A stretch of 64,000 bases of DNA from assembly GCA_029953675.1 (NCBI GenBank), contig JAMWBK010000002.1, positions 1,488,001 to 1,552,000 on the forward strand, given 5' to 3'. Position numbers and translations under genes: made by a program. The DNA is from Rhodosorus marinus CCMP1338 (taxonomy: Eukaryota; Plantae; Rhodophyta). The notes beneath the pieces were generated by a model that did not search any database, was not told the DNA's origin, and saw nothing but the letters and a program-made list of their open reading frames with translations. This document shows positions 27,901 through 39,240 of the stretch, piece after piece (position 1 is the first letter of the stretch; the number at the start of each line of letters is the position of its first letter).

Positions 27901-28619
27901 GCCTGGTTCCCGTGAGCTAGTGCAGCACCCTCTTCCACAGAGCTAATGCTTTGCTTTTTTTTGGTCGCGCATGTGCCCTACGCTCTGACCAACAGCGTGC
28001 GCAATATCTGGCCTGCTACTCGTACTCGGATACAATAGATATACCACTAGGTCTTGAAACGTCTGGTCATTTCCCCCGACATCGTGATGCTATTCCTCCT
28101 GCTTCTTCTGTTTCGCCATATGCTCAACCGAATGATTTTTACCCTTTCCCTGTCTCCCCCTCGTCGCTCTCATCCCAAGAAAAAAATCCCGACACGTCCT
28201 GCCTCTGTTAACACGTATTTGCCGTTCCAACGCGCCCAATTTTTCTGGTCCCCCACTACACCTGCCCTACCGGCTCCTCCGTAAATGCTTCTTCTTCATC
28301 ATGCATTTATTCAGAGCAACCTATCCCGAGGAGCAAAGGGAAACGCCGACGACCCGCATCCAACAACAACGCAGTGTTGGAGAGCGCGGGTGTCAAAGAC
28401 ATCGCGATGGGAAGGTTTTACGGATGCCCGGGGGAATTACGAAAGACACGAAGAAACCAAAGAGAAGAACACTTTCTAGAGAGCAAAGCACTTCATATGC
28501 CCAGGGCCTTAATTCGAAGGTGGAACCCCACCCGACGCAAGCAGGATAATGCGGTACAAACCGAGGAGACAGTGTCTACTCACGAAAGGTAGAATGAATC
28601 ATCGCCTAGCGTACGGAGA

Positions 28620-29040
28620 TCCCTTCTCTCGTCTAGTTGAACCAGCGGCAGCACCACGACGTCGCGCGGACGTTGGAAGATATCATGGAGCGTGAGGACA
28701 TGGAATAGACAAGCCAAGACCCTCCCTTGGGCGAGCAGATAGATCGGTGACTACCATATCCGCCACCCGCTGGAAAACAACAAGGGGCGGGCACTAACAT
28801 AGCCTTAAGTGCTAGGCAGGGTGTAATGGGAACTAGTACGAGGAACTAAAGCCGTTCAAGCCAAGGCGGCGGGAGTGAGACACGGCTACGACGGTGCTCG
28901 AATATCGCAGTAAAGCAACAACGAACCTCTTGTAGGACTACTAACCTACACGACAGGATGGTCAGTAAAACATTTGCGATTCCACTCCAAGCTTGAATTT
29001 TCAGGGTGGCCATAGCCTTCCACAATGATAGTTTTTTCCC
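28620..29040 (+). mobile_element. Decayed Ty3/Gypsy integrase C-terminal relic; homologous to 36255-36490
   Basis: KTLPWASR resembles the post-core WxxxLPW helix. Shares the exact 16-mer CAAGCCAAGGCGGCGG and ATGGTCAG..AAACATTTGCGA..CCACTCCAA with the 36.3-kb copy. Confidence 0.45.
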
Positions 29041-30029
29041 CCCTGCCCTCAGCGAGGGGGGAGCTGACCAAGCTCTCGGTCAGGCCGCCTTCGTCCCCGC
29101 TGTTGGCGAGCATAGCAGCTGCATAACCCGGGTGTAGGGCAGCGGATGGGAGATAGACACTTGATTCTGGGCAAGTAAGCGCGAGGCCCACATATTCTGA
29201 GCGTCTCATCATCTACACGCAGCTCGCAGTCCGTTGAGACCAGCTGGAGGTCGGCGGGAATCGCCATGAAGAACTTAAAAGAGCCCAAACTACCACCGAA
29301 GCCCAGAACCGTGCCAAGCCAGGGCAAAAAAGAGGCTCGACCCAGTGGCATGCTAGTCCCGACGTATATATATCCCAAGCACTTCGATTTTAGTAGTTTT
29401 CCGTTAAGATACGTCGCATGGTGCTCTTTGAGTCTGGCGCTCCGGCACTGTCACGCTGCGTTAGTTCTGAGTCTTCACGCACGCTGATGCTTAAGAAGGC
29501 ACCGAAAGAAAACGAGCGGAAGCCACGTATTTCAAAGCTGGTCGATGGTCTCATCGCCTTGTGAGATTTAGAAGCGCTTGTGTCTCTCAAAACTTGGGTG
29601 CCTTCTTTCGTGTTGATTATTTACTGTTTCCCTAACAGTAAATAATCAACATCAAACTACGTACCGGATGAAACCGATCTGTCCGTCACGTCCTCTACTT
29701 TTGCGTGACGACCATTGTGATTTACTGGAAAACTACCAACCCGAGATGGGTGTCCCAGCACATCGAAAGGCGAGCCGCAAGTGCATGACTTCTAGCACAT
29801 CAGTAAACGTTATCTCCTAAAAACTCCTACCATTGTATTATGATTGTCCCATCGGCGGGTAAGAAAAGGGTGGATTCCTCACTCCGTGATTCATCCTGCT
29901 CCGTACACATCGACCCACGCCTTGGTGATACAATCCCTCGGTGACGTCTCCTACACTGTAACGTTCAAATTTAGCTTGTAGATGTTTCCTTCATGCTGTG
30001 AGTATTCTCTTCGCTCTCCTTACTGAAAG

Positions 30030-30800
30030 CTAGCTTTTGGTGATTTCCGAACAATCTGCTGTCATTCCGTAAGACTTTTCGAATAGAAATTGAGGTTCAA
30101 CTCCGAGGGATTCAGATAGTAATTTTCTCTGAAACTTATCTCGTTCCCATCCGGTGCCAGCGCCGCCACTGCCGCCACCTTCCCCCTCTGCGTCGCGACT
30201 GCCGAGTTCCTGTTCGCAATGCGAAGCGTAGTGGTTCCTCCAGCGTCTCAAAGCACTTAATGTCGTTAGCCATATACCCATGATGCCCCCGAGTTCATGA
30301 AGAGTGTGGCATCCACCGCTGAACCCCTCACTGCTGCGCTGTATTTCGTCCCGGCTGCTCCAGCGCTTCTCTACCCCTTTGACCAAGTGCCCTCGCTTCT
30401 TTGAATTCAGGCAGGTCCTCTCCTTTATTTGATTGAAAAACATTTATAGGGTTGAACCATGCAGCAGCATTTCGCACTCTGAACTGGAATGCTGGGGCAC
30501 GCTCTCTTCGTCCGCTTCCAGGACTTCAACGATCTCTTCATCTTCTTCTGAGCTTGCTGTCTCCTGTGCGGGATCTGACTTCTTGGATTGCTTCCTCCGG
30601 TCCGTCAAAAGTTATCGGTGTTGATCGGTGGTTCATCTGTGTCTGTACTCAAAATCGTTACTAACGTCCCCAAAAAGAGGGTATTCACGGACCACCCCAA
30701 AACCGAACCTGAAGGCCACTCGCTGCACGGGAGCCAAAGGGCCCTCGATATGGTGTTGTGCATTTCTGTTAGCCGTTCCAGTAATCCACTCCGTTTGCTT
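30030..30800 (-). mobile_element. Decayed Ty3/Gypsy RNase H to integrase zinc-finger relic
   Basis: TANRNAQHHIEGPLAPV (cf. AERNYxxxEKELLAV), followed by LHELGGIMGIWLTTLSALRRW (cf. HxxxGHxGxxxTxxxLRRxxW). Confidence 0.4.
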
Positions 30801-30989
30801 TAGAATTGCCCGTTATCATTTTTCATTTGGATATTACTTTAGCAACGACTGTTTTGAAGAAAGGCGATATTTTGATTAGTGAAGTAATTTCGAGGACCGC
30901 AGATTGTGAACATTATTAAAGATTACACTATGGGTAACAGATAACAATTGGTTGAAACGCTACGAGAAAGGATATGATTCGTCTAATGA

Positions 30990-31210
30990 ACTTATATTAA
31001 AGTTATTTTCAGGCGCGTGGATCCCGAATTGGCCCCCCGGGAAGCCACACCTTCAATTCGACACGGGGGCGTGTTCACAAAGCAGGTCAAAAATCATGAA
31101 TTTGTTTGCTAGTCTGCAAAAAGGATATAGCTACCTTCCCACCTGGATGGGCAAGGGCAAAGCGGTCAAGGGGGTTCCCAGGTCAGAAGCGTGGCATATT
31201 GTTTCTTGAA
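30990..31210 (+). mobile_element. Possible retropepsin relic
   Basis: LQFDTGACSQS resembles the retroviral-type aspartic protease motif; little other support. Confidence 0.3.
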
Positions 31211-32104
31211 GGGACCAAAAGAAGTCGTGAACGTTTGGAGGGAACAAAAAGAGTTGTGAATGATTGGCGAAGTCAAGACAAGCGCCTCGAACAGCTGAAC
31301 AGGTCAGGAAGGGCCCAAAGCAGTAGTAACTAGTCGTATTTTCCCACATTACTGACCTCTCGAATGTGCGTGCTTACACAAACAGCAGCAAACAGCAGTA
31401 AAACCCTGGCTGGCAGGCTGGGCTGTTTGGGCTAAGTTGAAGTAAGGGTGGACCGAATTTCCGAGTGGAAACTTGTAGTGCGCAAAAAAAGCAATTGCGT
31501 TGATTGGTGGTTTCCCACAAATGGACTAACGGTTTTTTCATGCGTGGTTTCCCATCCAAAAACAGGGATCTCCAGCAGATCACCACATCCGCAGAATCCG
31601 AAATCCTCCGAAGAAATCGCTTCCAAAGAATGCCTAATCAACCCACATTTCAGCATGTTTCGGCACGAACGTTTTCCTAGGTAAGAGTGAGGTAAGAGGG
31701 GGAAGAGGGGCGGAACGAATGAGGGTTGGGAATGCAAAGGAATAAATGTACATGCAACCATAATTTGTTAACAGATTCCGCCGCGGAAGACCCCTTTTTG
31801 TGCTCCAAGGGAGTAGTACCCTTCATTAGAAAGCAGGAACGTGGTTTTTCCCCCGGCAGTCTTCGTTATCAACATGTTATCCAATATTTTAGAAAAAACC
31901 GTCCTTTAGTATTGTTGTCCATATCCCAGTCAAAAATGCTCATTATCCGTTGTTATTGGACAACAGATTTGTTACTGATAGCCAGACCAAGAATGCTCGA
32001 TGCCAACACAACCCAAACTGAATCCCCGATTTACTTAAAAGTCTTCACCTCAAAACCTCTGTGCAGATTTAGATTATGAGCTTTGTTGAACCTTCTAAAA
32101 CGAA

Positions 32105-33001
32105 GGATCGATGAACATTCGAGGTCCAATCCCGTCGGAAAGGAAGGTATCGTCCACTGATCGGCGGTTCGTTGATTCCCTTTCGCTAAGACCTCTACCG
32201 CGCCACGATGTTCACCCTACCTTTCTGGCTCTGACGTCGTTGCCGCGGCCCGCGCACCGTTCCAACTGCCATTGGTACTGGTGCATCCAGGTGAGGTGGT
32301 GGTTGGGAGACGATCTCGTGCTGGTCATGACTTGGCCGGGCCGTTCGTTCGTTTTTACCCGGCGCCTTCATCATCTTCCGCCTCGACCCAGATGTCTCTT
32401 CGGGTATCGACACCGCCAATTCGATCGTTCGCTGTAACGATGCCGGGCGTAGAGCTCTTACGTACGTTTGTTGGTACGTCCGTAAACCCATTATGAAGAG
32501 TTGGGGCCACATAAACTCGCTGAGGCACACAGGGTCATAACTTCGGAGATGGTCCAGCGTGAATTCAAACTCCGTGGCGTACTCGTTGACTGTTGACCCT
32601 TCACGTTGGAGTATCCTCGTCAGTTTCACCGCCAATTCTACATCCTGATTGTGACTGGCGAATCGCGTTCGCAGGGCATTTTGTAACGCTGCCCACATTG
32701 CCCGTTGTGTCACGGGGAGGGTGCGGTACCATTCGGTAACGGTCTTTGCAAGCCCTCGAACCGCGGTGAAGAGTAAGTCACTGTCCTCCTCGAGGACATA
32801 AACGGCCTTCAAGTGCTCGAGCTCGCTTATGAAGGTCTCGACATCTGAAGTACCGTCGAAAGTCGGGGACTCAGATTTCTTTGGTAGTCGTCCCGATCGA
32901 GCTCCTTGTTGTTGTTGTAGCTGTTGCTGCTCCTGCAACGCTCGCACAAGCTGCTCCGTCATCCGCTGTTGTCGCTCTAGTAGTTGAGCAACCGCGGGCA
33001 T
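32105..33001 (-). mobile_element. Intact Ty3/Gypsy gag ORF (32195-33001, 268 aa), followed by a truncated start of pol in another frame
   Basis: SPTFDGTSDVETFI, AKTVTEWYRTL, WAALQNALRTRF, LQREGSTVNEYATEF, FIMGLR and the PVPMAVG (PxPMxxx) tail are typical retrotransposon Gag motifs. No internal stops. Confidence 0.88.
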
Positions 33002-33239
33002 CCACGGAGGAGGTTAGGGTTCCGTTTTTCTTCGAACACCAGGTTCCAGAGGCTTCAGCCCCGGAAATCCTCCAAATATTGGATCTTTTCGTCTAAGTAA
33101 CCCCCTCACTAAGAGTTGCTTGACAAGTCCAAAGAATGCTTCCCCCTGGCTCCCCTTTACTAAGCCCTATCATATTCTACTCCGTCCTAGTCTATTTATC
33201 CCCTCAGACCAGGCCTCTACATATCTCTCATCTAGACAC

Positions 33240-33660
33240 GGTGCTATTTTTACAGACACTGAGCGACTGTACCCAGTTCACGAGCGGGAAATGTACGCGA
33301 TTGTGTATTGTCTGTTCAAATGGCGACACTTCCTGAAGGGAGCCCGGACTACGGTGTTCACGGACAACGCCGTGCTCACCTATATGAACACGAAGGTACC
33401 GCCCTCGCGGCGGATGACCCGTTACCTGGAAAAACTATCTCGGTTCGATTACGAGATAAAACACCTGCGAGGCAGGTCGAACGTCGTGGCGGATGCGTTG
33501 TCACGATTGGATCGAGTAAATCTGTTGACTACGGCGCAGCTTACGACGTATGTGCGAGAGGGAAGTGAGACAAGCCTGACCGCCGACGAGCAATCCGTGA
33601 TGCGCAAGGAGATGGAAGGCGTCGTATTTGACGCTGTGACGAGGTGGGACCGCTCCGTTC
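33240..33660 (+). mobile_element. Intact fragment of Ty3/Gypsy RNase H and linker
   Basis: ERLYPVHEREMYAIVYCLFKWRHFLKG...VFTDNAVL...SRRMTRYLEKLSRFDYEIKHLRGRSNVVADALSR. Confidence 0.92.
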
Positions 33661-33845
33661 GTTAAATTTACGAGCACCTCCTGGAACGTCCGGTTCCACT
33701 GTTCCGCTGTCGAATTCGTCCGAGGATGGTAACTGCTGGTAAATCGCTGGGCAGTAGGCAACAGTCGCAGGTACTCCTCCACCACTATTGACCGGAAATT
33801 AGCCCCTCGGTCGGTTAATATCTGTACTGGAGCTCGGTATGGACA
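33660..33845 (-). mobile_element. Intact short fragment of Ty3/Gypsy integrase core, inverted relative to the adjacent RNase H
   Basis: APVQILTDRGANFRS...FTSSYHPRTNSTAEQWNRTFQEVL contains the second D and the E of the DDE triad. Confidence 0.88.
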
Positions 33846-33849
33846 CACG

Positions 33850-34990
33850 CTTCCGGCATCGCGGAAGCTGCTGCGTCGCTTCGTCGATGCCCCAGGCAAA
33901 TGTACTCTACTATAATGTGAAGACGATCGATATCTTGTACTGTTCAAACTGTTTCCTCCATTTGAAACAGTAACGGCAGCACCGTGTGTTGGAAATAGTG
34001 TAGAAACTGCCCAGGATATTGACGCCGTGGCTGTGCCGTCGAGACTGCCAGAGGAGGGCGTTTCCCGGTCGGGTCCGGCCCCTTCGAGGACCGATGTAAT
34101 CCAAAAAACCCTTTCGTGGGACATACATCGGGACTCGTATGCCACCCTTCTGAGTTTACCTTCGTGCTCGGCGTCGACTTTGGCTCGCCTGCGCGGTTTG
34201 GGGGGGAGTCTCAGCTCCCGTTTCTTCACGGTCATACCTGCGTATCCGCGGTTGGCGCGTACCGATCTCGAACTTCGTGTAAGCTTACGACTTTACCTGG
34301 GCTTGCCGCAACCCCCTTGGCCTGTTGAGCGGGATTCTAGATGCGCATTGTGCGGGGCCAATGTGCCGTGGGGTGATTATGGTGCGCATCTGTTGGCGTC
34401 TTGTGCGGAGGTTCAAGGGGCCCGGACCAGACGCCATACGCGGCTCAACCGCTTGCTTTTCCGCTACCTTCGTCCTCAATCGCTCGGTACGGACCGAGAA
34501 GTGGAGTATGAGGTCCCTCTGGCGGTGGCATCGGAAATTGCTGATGAGAGTGACGCCCCAGCGGTACAGCGGGTGGCGGATCTCGTTGTGACTGACCTCA
34601 ATGCGCGTCGCAGTGAGTACATTGACCTCTCCATCCCTTGTCCTCAGGCGACCAGCTACCTGCCTGCGTCGGCTCGGCGTCGAGGAGCTGCAGCTCGGTC
34701 CATGCGGCAAGTGAAAGATTCGCAGTACGCGGCAGCGATATCAAACCCTACCTTTCGCGATTCGGCGGTGACATACCGGTTCGTCCCCCTCATTATTGAG
34801 TGCTTTGGCTTGATAGATAGTGTAGGTTCTCGCTGGCTGCGAGCTCTGTTTCGCAACGACCCAGGGCGTCTAGATAGTCTGCTCAAGGAGCTTTCTTTGA
34901 CCCTGTGGCGCTCCAATTCTGCTTTGTTTGTGGACGCCCGTCATCAGCGTCTTGTCTCTCGCTTCTCAGGGTAGTTAGCCTCTGAATAAA
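33850..34990 (+). mobile_element. 5'-truncated RLE-type non-LTR retrotransposon (CRE/MoTeR-like C-terminus: CCHC knuckle + PD-(D/E)xK restriction-like endonuclease)
   Basis: Frame open from about 33916 to the stop at 34974: LRVSLRLYLGLP, CALCG...GAHLLASC, RTRRHTRL, EVEYE, VADLVV...IDLSIP, AA...KDSQY, FVPLIIECFG. AATAAA 10 nt after the stop. No RT motifs present. Confidence 0.82.
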
Positions 34991-35492
34991 CGGATCATCA
35001 ACGGTCTGATTCCGCATCCACCCATCGTATGCCATGTGCGTATCGGCCTTACCGTATGTATGACGATGTGTGAATGCCCTTCTACGTGTTGAGAGCGCAT
35101 GGTCACGATTGACCGTTTCAACAATTATTAGCGGAATATCGGTAATTGGCTTTAATTGTTTGCAAAATCGGCTCTAACGATCCCAAAAGCGGGGAAAGTA
35201 AAGAAAGTATGAACGCCGAGAATTCCCGCCAATTACCGACCGTTCAAATGGTATCAAAAATCCACTTTTTCATACCGGCCCAAACGGTAGCGAGAGTCCA
35301 CCATTTTTGTTTTCTTAGAAGTTTGGAAGCGTTTTGCGGTATGTGTGTTGGGCTCAATCTACCCTGAAACCGTACTCATTTAATTGAGGTTGTTAGTCTG
35401 GGTCCATCACAAACCGCGAGTAATATTAATTGATTATTTGGTGATTCCTACGGTAGTGACCGATTCTCTTCCGATTCTTGTAATAACCTCTC

Positions 35493-35586
35493 GGCTTTGC
35501 ATGCTCAATTCAAGCCGGTTGTCGCAATTCTTGCAACTTGTAGGCTTTTCACTCTCAATTCAAGGCGGTTGTCAGACCCTCAATTC
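35493..35586. repeat. Imperfect 50-bp-period direct repeat
   Basis: GGCTTTGCATGCTCAATTCAAGCCGGTTGTC at 35493 versus GGCTTTTCACTCTCAATTCAAGGCGGTTGTC at 35543, plus a partial third CTCAATTC. Confidence 0.8.
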
Positions 35587-36254
35587 CGTGCCAGAACAAC
35601 TGCTTTTCTTCGAGTCCGACCCTCGATTGAGCACACTGGTGTTGGAGTTCTGCAAATCAGACTTCAATTTTCGATTATTACGGGAGTAAACATATCATTT
35701 TTATATTGAACAATCATTTTCCGGTGTTTATCTTGCTTAGATTCCTCGATTCCAGCTCGTGTGACGCGTTTTTGTTTTCAGGTTATTACCGGGTAATTGA
35801 TAACATTACCAGTACCGGTGCAAACAACACTCCTTCTTCTTTGGGCAACCCTACAGTTAGCCAGGGAATGAGGACCACCCCTGAGCTACCAAAAAGCTAC
35901 CAGTAATGGCCGTTCCGGTCCAGCCTTCGATTCCGCGCCAGACCCTCCCTAAATAGTTTCCAAAAAAACACTCTTTTTGACCTAAAAACATTGTTTTCCG
36001 TTCGGTATATATATTTCAAGAATACCGGGATTCCAGCTCGTATGCTGGTTCAGGGTAAACGGTGAATTAACATTACGGGTGTGGTGTTTATTTTCTTCGG
36101 GACAACCCTGATGGTAGATGGTCCTCATTGATTCAATTCCGAGTCTACAGCACGTCATCTCAACAGCTATCCCAGCTACAAAATCTACCTGTTCTGCCCC
36201 TTCCGAGCTGGTGGTGATTTTCTAACGTAGCCTCGAGCTGTCGCAGGCGCAATA

Positions 36255-36490
36255 CAAACTAGGAACGAGGAACGAAAGCGTGCAAGCCAAGGCGGCGGTA
36301 GCGAACCTTAGCTCGCATGCTGGTAGAATATCGCCATAAAGCGCCATAATGCGGCACTGAACAGGGGAAGGAGGACAAGAGAATTGGCTGAATGGTCAGC
36401 GAAACATTTGCGAAACCACTCCAAACCTGACTTTTGGTCAAGGTGACCAAAGCACTCCACATCGAAAGGCTAAAACCTTCGTGCTCTGTC
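36255..36490 (+). mobile_element. Decayed integrase C-terminal relic; homologous to 28830-29040
   Basis: Shared blocks with the 28.9-kb copy. VTKALHIERLKP resembles the VFHVSRLKP end of Gypsy integrases. Confidence 0.45.
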
Positions 36491-36596
36491 CTCAGCGCAG
36501 AGGAGACTGGCGACAATGCTTAGGCCATTGAGTCGGAGTGCAAATCACAAAGTCATAATCCTATGGACGCGATTTTGTCCGCTAATTCCGTTTCAA

Positions 36597-37310
36597 TCAC
36601 CAAATCAACCAATATTTTGGATTGAAACGAATAACGATTTCGACTGAAATCAATCCAAACGATCGACATTCTTTTTGTAGTTTGAACCGCTCTTGCAATT
36701 GAAGTTGCTCGGTCACAAGCGACGTAACGATGTGGACGGAGCGGGATGAACCACGGGATGAGGAAGCCTTAGAAAGCGTGAACCGCAGTGCGATACATTT
36801 GATCACTTCCATGAAACCAGATACCAGCTGAGGCTTCTTGTTGTCTAGATCGCTTTTTGATCGTTCCCACACCTGCGTTCCCACGCTCTCTTGGGTTGTC
36901 CCATTGCTCACCACCCGCATTTCGAACTTCGCTTCAATCCCCGGGGCAACTCGGGAACCCTCGCCCCGCGAAAGCGAGGACCCTACATAAGCACGCACAG
37001 CTATCGTACTTAACGCGATTTCTACCCTATCCCAGGCACATCTTCGAAATTGGCTCGAAATGGAGCTCATAAGTACTTGACGCAGAACATGTGCTGCATC
37101 AAACTTTCCGAGCCCTCGCCGGCAAACATGACGGATCACATCCTCTCTGGGCAGCGCTGTCCTTGTTTTTCCAACACGCACGTGCTCGTCTTAAGAAAAC
37201 GGAATCCCCCTTCCAAGCAAGAACTGTCAACCACAGCAAGCCGTATCCACAAAGCTCAACAACCTCTCCAGATACGTTCGCGTTTCACGGAAATCAAATC
37301 CCAGTCATGA
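36597..37310 (-). pseudogene. Unidentified 194-codon ORF whose frame extends upstream through in-frame stops; possible pseudogene
   Basis: Long open frame without an ATG start; the same frame continues as LGFDFRETRTYLERLLSFVDTACCG*QFLLGRGIPFS*DEH. No recognised motif. Confidence 0.25.
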
Positions 37311-38598
37311 GCTTTCTGCTGAAGACAGCCCTCCCCCATCCACCACCTCGCGTCAAGTGCTTCGAGCTACGTTTGTGCCCGGAAACTTCTTTCCTAATTT
37401 CATCAAATGTCTATTAATTTTGATCCTCTGCCCAAGCGTCAAACCTGAAAACCGTGAAAAAAAAGTATATCAACGTTCCCGGCACAAAGCGGATCCTCGC
37501 CTGGGAAGCAATTTTCCTCACAGCCCCCAGCCATAGGACCCAGCTCTATAGAGTTCTATAGAGCATTGCTAGTTCTCCAAAAATATTTCTTAAAACATTA
37601 CATTTCTGACAGCTTGTCTTTTGAATACTCTACCCATTTCCTACACCCCGTCAGTGTGACCTCGTTAGGACTCTAGAGGTGGCCTAACACAACTTCGAAT
37701 ACTGCTTCAACGAATCAATATCATCATTTGTGAGTACCTTTTTGTAGCCCAAGGGGTTCGTTCAGAGTTCGTGGCTGTGCGACTGAACAGCACTTATGAT
37801 CCATTTATTTTTGCTATATGAACTTTCGGGATCTGTACATTTACGTAAACAGTGCTAGGAGAAGGTGACTCATAAAAGCATCTGCTCATTATTGAAATTC
37901 GTCCTAGACCAATCTGTCACTGAATAGGATAATAAATTCATCGTCAGCTGATGATTCTGCTTCAGGATGACGGGAGATTCCTATTTGCGGATAGAATATC
38001 CTTTTTTATTTCGCAAATGTACGCCCAGCCAGAAATTTTCTCACTAGCAATTGGACCAACACGACTTTTTTTTATATATTGTTCTCGCATATCTCAGATG
38101 GCGTGTTTTTGGATGTGTTGGTTGCTTTTCCGAAGACAGACCCCGGTGTGCTCGGCTTTCGGATTTCTGACAATATGCATGGAAAATGGGTGTGCTGAAG
38201 TTAATGATGCAAATTTGTTGGATGCTGGTTAATGGTCGTGGTGCAACGTCTGTGGAAACCCGTGGAATGGAGAACCTGCTCTCCACAGCAGCGGGCGGAA
38301 TAGGGTTTTCCAGCTCTATTGTTGGCATAGGCTTGCTTGGGTATGTGTCCATAGCTCGAAGAAGGCGGCTGTTCTGAAAACGTGCTCAACGTGAAGAACA
38401 GGGCTAGTTGGGCGGTAGGAGACACGGGCATCATCCTGTGGCATCTTCTAGATTGCATACAATCTACCAGCGGCTTTTAGCCCGTTTTATTTCGAGCGGC
38501 TTCTAGCTGGTTCGTCTTTGTATATACAGATATCTACACAGCAGTACATCATTCCTTTGACGTGTTGGGGTTGTTTCTAATAAAAATTGGTACACGAA

Positions 38599-39240
38599 TT
38601 AGCAGCTTTGCTTATTCAGTCGCTCCAGCATCCTTCGGCGCTCCCTGGACCTTCTCGCAGATTCACGGTTTCTCAGCTTGCGCTTGAACAAGACAAGTTC
38701 TCGCTCTTCTGGCGACATGGCCTTGACTTTCGAGGAGGTGGTTCCGCTGATATCTCCGAGCAGGTCGGCAGGGAATTTCTGTGCTTCCAGCGCCCTCTTC
38801 TCCCACAGTGGGAGACCCCTCTTCGTGATCGTCTTCTGGGAGACGTCAGAAAAGCTGTACTTCTTGTGCTCACTTTCGCGAATTCCCTCAGTTGTGTCCC
38901 TTGAGTGATCGCTCAAATCGCTCGACTGCGACAAATCCGAGTACACGTGATCCATACCATCCTCGGGATGGACCCAATGCTTCGGTACAGAGGGATCTGG
39001 TTTCGGATAGTCACTTCGGATCCAGCTTATTCCGAAGCTCGGCACCTCTTGGAGCAAGTCAGATCCAAACTGCGCTCCGAGCACCGCATCCATAGAAGGA
39101 GTTGCAGCGACGCTCTGAATCGGGCTTTCACTGAGTTCGATTACTAACTTCTGCAAATCGGCGACATCACCAAGATCAAATCCCAGCGGTGCACAGTCGT
39201 ACGAACTTCTGTTCATTGTTGAGTTACGACCAAATTCCAT
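38599..39240 (-). CDS. bZIP transcription factor with basic region but very short zipper, 213 aa, intronless
   Basis: MSPEERELVLFKRKLRNRESARRSRERRRMLERLNKQSC*: canonical N-x7-R basic region; stop about 13 residues later. Confidence 0.88.
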   Translation of the reverse strand: MEFGRNSTMNRSSYDCAPLGFDLGDVADLQKLVIELSESPIQSVAATPSMDAVLGAQFGSDLLQEVPSFGISWIRSDYPKPDPSVPKHWVHPEDGMDHVYSDLSQSSDLSDHSRDTTEGIRESEHKKYSFSDVSQKTITKRGLPLWEKRALEAQKFPADLLGDISGTTSSKVKAMSPEERELVLFKRKLRNRESARRSRERRRMLERLNKQSC

